Source: Candidatus Latescibacterota bacterium (GTDB lineage Bacteria; Latescibacterota; UBA2968; GCA-2709665). Taken from it: a DNA stretch of 64,000 bases. A model generated the notes under the pieces. It was not told the origin of the DNA. It saw nothing but the letters and a program-made list of their open reading frames with translations, and did not search any database. The position numbers were made by a program, and so were the translations under genes. The DNA lies in the NCBI GenBank assembly GCA_965222075.1, contig OZ244937.1:5296006-5360005 (forward strand), written 5' to 3'. Positions 1 to 7,826 of the stretch are shown here, piece after piece. Within the stretch, counting starts at the first letter, position 1. The number at the start of each line of letters is the position of its first letter.

Positions 1-123
1 GTGCGAACCTGCCGAGCGGGCGCGGCGGTTGCAACAGGGGTTTCGATTAGCAAGCGCCGTGACCGCGAAGGAAGGTTGGGCGATGGGGCGAATGCCCCAA
101 AGCCGCAGCCGGTCGTATTAGCC
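1..123 (-). repeat. attC-like site (partial, cut by window edge)
   Basis: Same architecture as the other sites: AACCT...AGGTT hairpin, GGGCGAT linker, GGGGC-GAAT-GCCCC hairpin, CGCAGCCGG-TCGT-ATTAGCC end. Confidence 0.7.
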
Positions 124-181
124 GTCCGAGCAGCCCACAGACTGCCCTTGCCAGGGTCGGCAAGGCCATCGTCTTTGACCT

Positions 182-739
182 TCACGCTCTTCGAGTCTGT
201 TTCATATCATGAGCGAATGGGTATAGTTCCCCGAAGTCCGCAGATTCTGGGCCAAATAGCTCTGCCGCTTGTCTGAAATGGACGGCCCGAACTTCCACAA
301 TCCTGCTATTCGGATCCGGATCAGCTCTGTCCTCGGTTTTTCGAACCACATCAGCCCACGATACGACTCGCACATGCTCTGGGTGCGGGAAGTGGGGCAA
401 CCTGGGGCGGTCGTTTCGAGAGACGCAGTAGTACATCCCTATCGGATGAAGTTCCCCCAGATTGCTTCTCGTTTCCTCCAATAGCTCGCGACGACCAGCC
501 TCCTCCCAATTCTCGTTGGGTTCGAGGGTGCCTCCCGGCAAGACCCATTTCCCGTTGGACCGCTTGGTCACGAGACAATGACTGTCGGAGACGAAAGGAA
601 TGATATAAGAGGAGCCACAAATAGTCGAAGCCAGTTCATTTTCGAATTTGCGGAAGTGGACATTGGGACGTAGTTGCCCATGCTCCTCACTCAGGGTGGG
701 GTATTTCGAGATGAGCTTGTCGAACTGCGTACGGTCCAT
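182..739 (-). CDS. NUDIX hydrolase (cassette gene)
   Basis: Nudix box PGGTLEPNENWEEAGRRELLEET. Confidence 0.88.
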   Translation of the reverse strand: MDRTQFDKLISKYPTLSEEHGQLRPNVHFRKFENELASTICGSSYIIPFVSDSHCLVTKRSNGKWVLPGGTLEPNENWEEAGRRELLEETRSNLGELHPIGMYYCVSRNDRPRLPHFPHPEHVRVVSWADVVRKTEDRADPDPNSRIVEVRAVHFRQAAELFGPESADFGELYPFAHDMKQTRRA

Positions 740-806
740 GTTAAAGGCTACGTGTGGTTTTCTGGCGGCGCGTCCTGCGCCGCCCCTGTCTTGCGGGCTG
801 CTTCGC

Positions 807-887
807 GGCTAACGTATCGCCGTGCCCGAGCCGCGCAGCGGTTGCGCGAAGGGCGTAAGCCCGAAGCCGGGCACGGACGTGTTAGCC
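807..887 (-). repeat. attC-like recombination site
   Basis: + strand: GGCTAAC-GTATCG-CCGTGCCCG-[AGCCGC GCA GCGGTT]-GCGCGAA-[GGGC GTAA GCCC]-GAAGC-CGGGCACGG-ACGT-GTTAGCC. Confidence 0.88.
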
Positions 888-898
888 GAAGTATGAAT

Positions 899-1564
899 TC
901 ACTTGAGGTTGCGTATTGTGCTCGGCAACTCGTCAAGATCGTCAACAACCGCATCCACAATCTCAGGCACCTCCCAGTACTCATCTCGCTTCCAAATCGC
1001 TTTCATCCCGAAGGACTTGGCGCCCCGAACGTCGGCCTCCGGGTTGTCGCCAATCATGATAGCCTGATCTGGTGAGACGCCCAGGTTGTCGGTCGCACGA
1101 CGGAAGATCTCCGCATCCGGTTTTGCGACCCCTTCTGCTTCCGAGATCAACATTGTGTCGAAATAGCGAGAGATTCCCAAACCATCAATCTTCGGCTGCT
1201 GCGAATCAACTCGCCCGTTCGTAACGAGCCCCATCTTTAAACCTTGTTGCCTGAGTATGGTAAGAGTCTGATGTGCCTTAGGAAACGGAACGCATATATG
1301 GGGAAAGTATGTCAGGAAGTCCTCCAGCAACCTCTGCCAAATACCGGGTGAGAGAGCAAAGTCGCGTTCAATGCTCCTAAACAGCCCCTCCTTCTCGGCG
1401 TGGCCATGTGCGTCCAACTCAATGACTCGCTCCATGTATTCGGCAAATGGAAGAGATTGAAGATCATTTGCTAGTCGTTCGACCTGAATATGCAGGTACA
1501 CTCTAAGGCTACTGATCCGATCCAATAGCGTTCCGTCAAGATCGAAGAGCGCTGCTTGAAACAT
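899..1564 (-). CDS. HAD-superfamily hydrolase (cassette gene)
   Basis: Motifs FDLDGTL, LVTNG, KPD and IGDNPEADV. GGAGG RBS upstream. Confidence 0.92.
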   Translation of the reverse strand: MFQAALFDLDGTLLDRISSLRVYLHIQVERLANDLQSLPFAEYMERVIELDAHGHAEKEGLFRSIERDFALSPGIWQRLLEDFLTYFPHICVPFPKAHQTLTILRQQGLKMGLVTNGRVDSQQPKIDGLGISRYFDTMLISEAEGVAKPDAEIFRRATDNLGVSPDQAIMIGDNPEADVRGAKSFGMKAIWKRDEYWEVPEIVDAVVDDLDELPSTIRNLK

Positions 1565-1590
1565 TTGTACCTCCAGTCGGACTCCATTTC

Positions 1591-1660
1591 GGCTAACGGT
1601 CTCGCGGGCTGCGAACCCGCGCAGCGGGTTGGTGCGGAGGCGCAGCCCGACGTGTTAGGT
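1591..1660 (-). repeat. attC-like recombination site
   Basis: GGCTAAC-GGTCTCG-CGGGCTGCG-[AACCCGC GCA GCGGGTT]-...-CGCAGCCCG-ACGT-GTTAGGT. Confidence 0.88.
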
Positions 1661-1686
1661 GCAGTGGCATTCAGATTCGTGTCTGG

Positions 1687-2133
1687 CTATTTCAGGCTCT
1701 TCCGAAAGAAGACCTCACTTGCAGGACCCGTGGGAGTCCCTGTCAGAATACCGCAGTCTTCGAAACCCATATGGCGGTGCCATTTCTGAGGGTCCAATTC
1801 ATCCAGCTGAGAGGAACTAAGTAGATATGTGAATCCCTTCTCTCGGAGATAACATTCTAGAAAACCAAGCATAGACCGCCCCACACCCTGTCTTTGATAC
1901 TTCTTCAAGACTATGATCCCGCTGATGTAGGGCGCGCTATAGTGATGGCCCTGCCAGATGAACTGAAATTCCAGGACACCAACCGGCTCTCCATCCAATT
2001 CCGCAACGATAAACTCCTTTAGCCGGATCTTCGTTTCCACTACATCCACGGTTTCTATTGAAAGCGTATGCTTGCACCATTTGGCGTCCTCGTCCTTCGC
2101 AAACCTCACGACCGTGTCACTAGACCTTGTCAT
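1687..2133 (-). CDS. GNAT family N-acetyltransferase (cassette gene)
   Basis: Acetyl-CoA motif YQRQGVGR and C-terminal WHRHMGF. Confidence 0.85.
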   Translation of the reverse strand: MTRSSDTVVRFAKDEDAKWCKHTLSIETVDVVETKIRLKEFIVAELDGEPVGVLEFQFIWQGHHYSAPYISGIIVLKKYQRQGVGRSMLGFLECYLREKGFTYLLSSSQLDELDPQKWHRHMGFEDCGILTGTPTGPASEVFFRKSLK

Positions 2134-2195
2134 GAAAGTACCAGCCTTTGTAAGAGATGGAGGACTTCGCCGAGAGGTCGAGACTGCGCCATTGC

Positions 2196-2293
2196 GCCTA
2201 ACGTTCCCGCCACTTGCGAGCCCCGAGCTTGTCGAGGGGTTGCCGACAGGACAAGGCGCCGTAGGCGACGCAGCGCAAAACGCTGTGTTGGGC
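2196..2293 (-). repeat. attC-like recombination site (more degenerate)
   Basis: GCCTAAC...GTTGGGC with an internal AGCCCC...GGGGTT hairpin in the conserved position. Confidence 0.75.
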
Positions 2294-2321
2294 GAAGGAG
2301 CACGTCTTTTAGGGTATCATC

Positions 2322-2546
2322 CTATGCTTCGAGAAACTCCTCTGTTGTTACCCCAGCTTGCTTCAAGATTGCAGACAAGGTTCCTTCCGGTAAATCCCCA
2401 GGATGGTTGGGGATCGTCGTTCGGCACCGGGTAGCAGGATTCCACCAGATTTCATGGCTCCCTCGTGCATGCCGATCAAACTCAAATCCCAACCGTCTCA
2501 GTTTTCCAGTTATTTGTCGATAGGTGAAACCTGCAAGACGTCCCAT
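2322..2546 (-). CDS. hicA: HicA family type II toxin (mRNA interferase)
   Basis: LRRLGF...RGSHEIW...TTIPNH...GTLSAILKQAG. Coupled to the upstream hicB. Confidence 0.92.
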   Translation of the reverse strand: MGRLAGFTYRQITGKLRRLGFEFDRHARGSHEIWWNPATRCRTTIPNHPGDLPEGTLSAILKQAGVTTEEFLEA

Positions 2547-2791
2547 CAGGCTCCTACCAGTATGTCCAGTTCAACAACCTCAGTATCCAGCGTTTGCAAT
2601 CCTTCTGGGAGAGGATCACCGTGTTCACGGTAGGATTCAATCAGTTTTCGTGCCACATCCTGTGCAATCTCAGTTGTTTCGGCCACTGTTCTGCCTTGAG
2701 CAACTAAACCAGGAAAGCTATCCGAAGTAGCTAAAAATTGGCCGTTTTCAACTTTCTGCACTTGAAGATGCAATCTATATTCTTCTGACAC
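2546..2791 (-). CDS. hicB: HicB family antitoxin (short, no C-terminal DNA-binding domain)
   Basis: FLATSDSFPGLVAQGRTVAET...GDPLP HicB-like motif. Overlaps the hicA start by 1 nt. Confidence 0.88.
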   Translation of the reverse strand: MSEEYRLHLQVQKVENGQFLATSDSFPGLVAQGRTVAETTEIAQDVARKLIESYREHGDPLPEGLQTLDTEVVELDILVGA

Positions 2792-2858
2792 GGCTCATGC
2801 TCCTGTTTGGTGAATAAGGTTAGCTTTTTCGCGTCAACAAACCCTGAGAATATTGACG

Positions 2859-3254
2859 TTAAGTTTTTCTATGCATAACTACCTGTTGAGTAACCCGAAA
2901 TTTGCAACTTTTATAGAGAGAGGTCAATTCGGGGTCACAAAATAAAGAGACGATATCGATATCAGCTAGTTCCTCAAGAAGTCGCCTGAGCACAGCTTTT
3001 GCAATACCTGTACGATGATCGGGGTGTACTGTTACATCTTCTATATAAGCACGGAAATGCCCGTCTAGCACCGCGCGCGCAAATCCGATCAAGTCCTCTT
3101 CCTTCCAAGCACCCACTGCAGGATTACGGTTAAGAACGTCAGTAATATCCTGTAGAGAACGCTCCGGACACCACTCATTGGCAGCATAAAGACGACGTAC
3201 AGCATCTGCCGGTATAGGATGCTCTTGATGAGTGCGAATCACGTAATTTACCAT
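2859..3254 (-). CDS. GNAT family N-acetyltransferase (cassette gene)
   Basis: LIGFARAV.DG..AYIEDVTVHPDHR.GIA. Start moved to ATG 3254 (3281 also possible) because the longer ORF runs into the attC site. Confidence 0.82.
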   Translation of the reverse strand: MVNYVIRTHQEHPIPADAVRRLYAANEWCPERSLQDITDVLNRNPAVGAWKEEDLIGFARAVLDGHFRAYIEDVTVHPDHRTGIAKAVLRRLLEELADIDIVSLFCDPELTSLYKSCKFRVTQQVVMHRKT

Positions 3255-3309
3255 TTCAGCGCAGGTATTAATGGAAACCATGGTTGAACAAATATTGGTT
3301 TGCTCTTTC

Positions 3310-3395
3310 GCCCAACGTTTCCGCGGGCTGCGAACCTGCGAACCAGGTTGGGTCGGAGGTGCGAATGCGCCGCAGTGCAAACTGATGTGTTAGCC
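3310..3395 (-). repeat. attC-like recombination site
   Basis: GCCCAAC-GTTTCCG-CGGGCTGCG-[AACCTG CGAAC CAGGTT]-...-CGCAG...-ATGT-GTTAGCC. Confidence 0.82.
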
Positions 3396-3416
3396 GAAGT
3401 CGATCTATTTCCAAGG

Positions 3417-4154
3417 TTACATTTTTCTGACTATGAAGTATGCACGTCTGCCCAGCTCATAGGGCTCGCAATCCAGTGACGAAAAAGTATCGCACACCTC
3501 GAAACCCACCTCGGAAAAGAGAAATGTCAACTCTCGAAACCCGTAGACCCGCATAGAGCTTATCTTCGTCTCGGAAATTCCGTTCGCAACCAAAGTCCAT
3601 TCAGTATCGATCCGGCTCTCCACGTGTCGGTAGTTCGTGTCCTCCAGGACAACTGTTTCACCTGCTTTGCTCCAACCGCGGAACCGGAGTCTTGGGAGTA
3701 TTGTTTCAGCGACGTTGGGAATATCCAGAGCAAACCTCGAACCAGTCTTGAGCGCTCGATGCACTGCCTCAAGGAATCGCCTATTTCCGTCGTCGTCGAA
3801 GTATCCGAAACTTCCCCAAAAACAGAATGCCGCATCGAATGTCTCAATCCAGGACAGATCCCTCATATCCGTCTCGACAAGCTCAAGATCAAGATTCGCT
3901 TCTTGTGAAGCGGATTGCGCCTCTTGAAGAAGGACTGTCGTGATGTCAACGCCAGTTACTTTATAGCCTCTCTCAGCCAGCGGAATCGCCAATCTACCAT
4001 TGCCACACGGCACATCGAGAACCCGACACCCTGGCTTCAAATTGAGCGCGCGCACGAGAAAGTCTACCTCTTCTGAAGTACGCCCTGCTCGCGAGTTTCT
4101 TTGAACGTCGAGCCAGTTTCCCGCAAAAAAAGTGGTCCACCACTCAGTACTCAC
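3417..4154 (-). CDS. Class I SAM-dependent methyltransferase (cassette gene)
   Basis: VLDVPCGNGR, VTGVD, DMR, FDAA, SFGYF. GTG start after GGAGG. Confidence 0.9.
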   Translation of the reverse strand: MSTEWWTTFFAGNWLDVQRNSRAGRTSEEVDFLVRALNLKPGCRVLDVPCGNGRLAIPLAERGYKVTGVDITTVLLQEAQSASQEANLDLELVETDMRDLSWIETFDAAFCFWGSFGYFDDDGNRRFLEAVHRALKTGSRFALDIPNVAETILPRLRFRGWSKAGETVVLEDTNYRHVESRIDTEWTLVANGISETKISSMRVYGFRELTFLFSEVGFEVCDTFSSLDCEPYELGRRAYFIVRKM

Positions 4155-4194
4155 GTTTAACCTCCAATCTCGGGTCACTCCAACATTCGATTTC

Positions 4195-4278
4195 AGCTAA
4201 CGTTTTCGCCGTGCCCGAACCGCGAAGCGGTTGGGCGAAGGGCCGTATGGCCCGTAGCCGGACACGGACGTGTTAACC
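4195..4278 (-). repeat. attC-like recombination site
   Basis: AGCTAAC-GTTTTCG-CCGTGCCCG-[AACCGC GAA GCGGTT]-GGGCGAA-[GGGCC GTAT GGCCC]-GTAGC-CGGACACGG-ACGT-GTTAACC. Close relative of the 807-887 site. Confidence 0.9.
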
Positions 4279-4365
4279 GCAGTGGGCATGACACCAATGA
4301 AGCTCGCAAATCAAAATGAGTGCCAAACAGAAAACACGCCAAGAAACTACCCTGGAGATATTGCT

Positions 4366-4884
4366 TCACAAGGTAAAGGAAGTATGCTTTCTCCACTTGC
4401 CGTTGCGCTCCATCATAAGCCAAACCTCTTCTGCGCGACTCTTCATCGGCAGGTATGATTCAGCATTCGATTGAAATTTCTCGACGATTGCTTCCAACGC
4501 AACTGCATCATCCGCATGTGCTACGGTAAGGTGAGGGTTGACGGAAGAATAAGCCCCTTTGTAGGGTGGGTGGTCCGGAAATTGATTTACCAGAGCTTGA
4601 GTCATTCTTTTGAACTCATTATCGGGCTCCGGATGCAAATAGAGGACACCTGGAAACCTACGCACCTCGACAAGGAAAAAGTCGAACGGATGGAAACTCT
4701 GAATCACCTCCCGGACTTCAATGACACTGTTTCTGGTGATGGCCTCTCGATCCAGAAACGGATAGAGTAGAGTGATATGGGCAGGGATCCCCGCCTTGGC
4801 TGCGGGATCGTATCTACTTCGATACGCCCCAACCAATTTCTCCGCCTTGGGCACCGGAATTAGGATTGCCGATTCGTCTGGCAT
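4366..4884 (-). CDS. 2'-5' RNA ligase / 2H phosphoesterase family protein (first cassette)
   Basis: Two HxT motifs: AHITLLYPF and PHLTVA. Confidence 0.88.
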   Translation of the reverse strand: MPDESAILIPVPKAEKLVGAYRSRYDPAAKAGIPAHITLLYPFLDREAITRNSVIEVREVIQSFHPFDFFLVEVRRFPGVLYLHPEPDNEFKRMTQALVNQFPDHPPYKGAYSSVNPHLTVAHADDAVALEAIVEKFQSNAESYLPMKSRAEEVWLMMERNGKWRKHTSFTL

Positions 4885-4920
4885 TTTGCGAAATCACTGG
4901 ATGGAAACATCTTACCCATT

Positions 4921-4995
4921 GCGGTTAACTACGGGATTACCGAACAGTTACGGTAATACGCGCCAGATCTGAGGATTTCCGAACGTTCGGGAACA
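4921..4995 (-). other. attI-like primary recombination site
   Basis: GCGGTTAAC (4921-4929) is the exact complement of the first cassette's far end (GTTAACCGC, 4272-4280). It is not followed by an attC stem, but by two related palindromes, TTACCGAACAGTTACGGTAA and TTCCGAACGTTCGGGAA, about 40 bp apart. Confidence 0.6.
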
Positions 4996-4997
4996 TT

Positions 4998-5394
4998 TTG
5001 TTAATATTGGTTTTTGCAAGCCCGGTCAAACGCTTTCTGTACCGACCGCCCGGTCACCCGGTCTGGCGCCCGGGAACAGCCATGTTCGGGGTTGATATTG
5101 GCGCCTGTAGTCTTGAACCGCCTTCTGTGCGACTGTGGAGAGCATCGTGTAACGATCCTTCCGGTGCTTGCCCTGGCGGATATGGAGCAGTTTTCGATCC
5201 CCGTCGATGTCTTCGACCTTCAACCGGACCACTTCACCCAGCCGAAGGCCTCCGGAATAGGTCAACAGCATGATCGCCTGGTGCTTCAGGTTTTCTACTG
5301 CATCCAGTAACCGAAGCACTTCTGCCCGGCTCAACACAGTGGGCAATTTGTGCTCCTTTTTCGGACGGGGCAGGTTTTCAAGAGGATATTCCAT
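4998..5394 (-). pseudogene. Truncated, frameshifted tyrosine recombinase/integrase
   Basis: LPRPKKEHKLPTVLSRAEV...YSGGLRLGEVVRLKVEDID...IRQGKHRKDR...WLFPG. Continues after frameshifts as RSVQKAFDRAC / TNINK. The N-terminal domain and the HxxR/H/Y catalytic end are absent. Confidence 0.88.
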
Positions 5395-5772
5395 TGAGGT
5401 CTTCTCTCGGCATTGCGGCTGAAAAAAGTGGATTGGCTTTGCTTTCAAACAAATCCCGTGCCGTAGAGACCGCTAACGGAGAACAATAAATGAACCTGTT
5501 GTGAAATTAGTGTCAGATGGGAGAATATCCTTTTTTAAACAGACCTTTCAGGTTGCTGATTTGTTTCAAAACAGACCGTTCAACGCATTCAGAAAGTACC
5601 ATATCCGAAGCGCTGAGAACGTGAACCTATTGTATTTTCAGGTCGTCGTATTGCCCCAATAAGGCGCTCACGGGATGGCGGAAGAGGGGCTGTGGGCGCG
5701 TTATCAAGCGCAGACGGTGATACAGGCGGCTCCGGCGGGTGTAGAGGCGTAAGCGCTGACTGAAGTAAAGGG

Positions 5773-5801
5773 TTGACCGGGGGTGCCCTGCAATATATAT
5801 T
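5773..5801 (+). promoter_or_regulatory. Sigma70-type promoter (copy 1 of a duplicated element)
   Basis: TTGACC-N17-TATATT upstream of the 5876 ORF. Confidence 0.6.
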
Positions 5802-5875
5802 TTTCATGACCCCCGTGTTGAGGAACGGTGTCAGTCCGGCGATAATGAACCGATAGCACGCAGAAGGAGCCACCA

Positions 5876-6706
5876 ATGAATGCGAACAAGCCCCCGCAGA
5901 CGTCCACGCCCACCTACACCATGGGGTACAGCGACGAGTTTCAGGAGATGCTCAAACACCGCAGCGCGGGCACCCATGCCGCGCACCTGCTCCCATACCT
6001 CAAGCCCGGTCTCCGCGTTCTCGACTTCGGGTGTGGGCCCGGTACGATTTCGGTGGGGCTCGCACAGGCGGTGGACCCCGGGGAATTGCACGGCATCGAT
6101 ATGGAAGCGTCGCAGATCGAGATGGCCCGAACTGCGGCGGCGGCGGGCGGGCACGACAACGCGGTATTCCATACCGGTGATGTGACCGATCTGCCCTTTG
6201 CCAACGACTCGTTCGATGTCGCCCACTGCCACGCCGTGCTCACACACGTTCCGGATACGCAGGCCACCCTGGCCGAGGCGAAGCGGGTGTTGAAACCCGG
6301 GGGGCTCATCTCCAGCCGGGAACTGATTGGCGCCGCGTCGTTCGTCGATCCCGACCCCGGCGACCGCGGCGAGATGTGGGCGACGTTCTTGAAACTGCTC
6401 GCGGGCAACGGGGGCCATCCCCAGATGGGGAAGGAACTCAAGCGGGCGTTTCTCGACGCCGGATTCTCGGATATCCGTGCAAGTGCTTCATTCGATTCCT
6501 ACGGCACGACCAGTGACATCGACAGGTTTTATGGGGTCGCCATCGGCTGGTTCTTCGCCCCCGATACTGTGGAAGCGGCCACGAAACACGGGCTGGCATC
6601 TCACGAGCAGTTCGATGACTGGCGCCGGATGCTCGACCAGTGGAAGGATGCCCCTGGTGCATTCGCCACCGTCGCCTGGGGAGAGGCGATCGGACGTAAG
6701 CCGTAG
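5876..6706 (+). CDS. UbiE-like class I SAM-dependent methyltransferase
   Basis: VLDFGCGPGTI, LPFANDSFDVAH, RVLKPGG. AAGGAG RBS. Confidence 0.92.
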   Translation: MNANKPPQTSTPTYTMGYSDEFQEMLKHRSAGTHAAHLLPYLKPGLRVLDFGCGPGTISVGLAQAVDPGELHGIDMEASQIEMARTAAAAGGHDNAVFHTGDVTDLPFANDSFDVAHCHAVLTHVPDTQATLAEAKRVLKPGGLISSRELIGAASFVDPDPGDRGEMWATFLKLLAGNGGHPQMGKELKRAFLDAGFSDIRASASFDSYGTTSDIDRFYGVAIGWFFAPDTVEAATKHGLASHEQFDDWRRMLDQWKDAPGAFATVAWGEAIGRKP

Positions 6707-7053
6707 CCGCTCGGGTTACTGAAGCTTTCAACTGCGCCCTCTGGGGTGCCTTGAGCATCCTCGATGAAGAACGCGCCCGCCTGCTCCGCGCCTGACTCGT
6801 GCTGCGCCAGCGCCAGTACGCCGCCGCCCAGGTCCGCCTCGTGGTCGAAAAAAATTCCCGTCTCGATGTAGAGCGCGAAACTCTCCCGATTGCCTCAGCG
6901 CCACGCTTTTCGCGTCTTGCGCTTCGGTTTCCCCTTCAGTGCAACGGCCACTTGTGGCGCGATTGCCGCCCAGTCTATTTCCGCTGGGGAGACATGGGCT
7001 GCATCATCGGCAAATTCAAGCGGGCAGCATTCAACAGAGAAAGGAGTGGACCG

Positions 7054-7461
7054 ATGAGCGGTGAAACAGTGAAGTGGCCGATTGTAGAGCGGTGGGACAG
7101 CCATCCCCTGGACCTGAAGGATCCCCTGGAGCGTTTCAAGCGCTCGGAGTGGAACTACTTTTTGGTTGACCAGGAGTCGGGGGTGCTGATGGGCTACTGG
7201 CTGGCGGAGGAGGGAGCCGAAGATTTGGGCGGAGACGAGTTCGACGAGGTGATGCACGTTATCGAAGGGAAGCTTTACGTGACCTGTGAGGGAGAGGCGT
7301 ATACCGCCGGGCCGGGGGATACGATCGTGGTGCGTCCCGGCCGTCCGACCCGGATCGCCGCACGGGAGTTGACCCGGGCGTTCTTCGTCTGCTACTCGAT
7401 GTCGGACCCGGAGGCGTTCGAGGCGAGGATGCATAAAAGGATGGCGGAGAAGGGGCTGTAG
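7054..7461 (+). CDS. Small cupin (EutQ/DUF861-like)
   Basis: MGYW...DEVMHVIEG.L.V...YTAGPGD. AAGGAG RBS before ATG 7054. Paralogue at 48361. Confidence 0.8.
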   Translation: MSGETVKWPIVERWDSHPLDLKDPLERFKRSEWNYFLVDQESGVLMGYWLAEEGAEDLGGDEFDEVMHVIEGKLYVTCEGEAYTAGPGDTIVVRPGRPTRIAARELTRAFFVCYSMSDPEAFEARMHKRMAEKGL

Positions 7462-7615
7462 ACCCGTTCTCAGTGTGACATCCAGCGCGAATATAGGCCC
7501 AGAAATCGCCGCATCGCTGAAGTTAATTTTTCTACGATTTAGGGGGGGGTATAAGCCTTTGTTTTTAATGAGACTATGCGCCCCCATTTTTACGATGATC
7601 CAGGCTGAAAAAAGC

Positions 7616-7644
7616 TTGACAGGATAGGCGAAGCTGTTTATCTT
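7616..7644 (+). promoter_or_regulatory. Sigma70-type promoter for TonB receptor operon 1
   Basis: TTGACA-N17-TATCTT in an AT-rich intergenic region. Confidence 0.6.
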
Positions 7645-7826
7645 TAGTAGTGAGAGATTGTCACTTGTACGAATCATCCCGTCAACACTGAAAGGGGTGG
7701 TGCTTGCCGAGTAGATGGCTAAGGTCGTGAGGCACTGAATCGGAGGTGAAGAGGTGTCTGATCCAGAGCCTCGATCTGACGATAGGGTTCAAAAGTAGCC
7801 GGGGTTTCTCACCAGGAGGTTGTAGT

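Larger units (their letters stand above)
1..5394 (-). mobile_element. Integron-like gene cassette array (>=6 cassettes, continues past the window start) with attI-like site and truncated co-oriented tyrosine recombinase
   Basis: Short, unrelated, co-oriented ORFs separated by 70-98 bp elements bounded by NNYYAAC...GTTRRNN. The two ends of each cassette are reverse complements. A tyrosine recombinase remnant sits at the array head. Confidence 0.88.

Noticed and set aside
5026-5448. Functional integron integrase intI
   Set aside because: Truncated at both ends, frameshifted, missing the catalytic HxxR/Tyr and lacking the IntI patch. No gene symbol assigned.
6799-7053. N-terminal extension of the cupin ORF
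   Set aside because: A good RBS precedes ATG 7054 and the paralogue at 48361 begins at the equivalent point. Bases 6720-6900 may be another decayed fragment that I could not identify.
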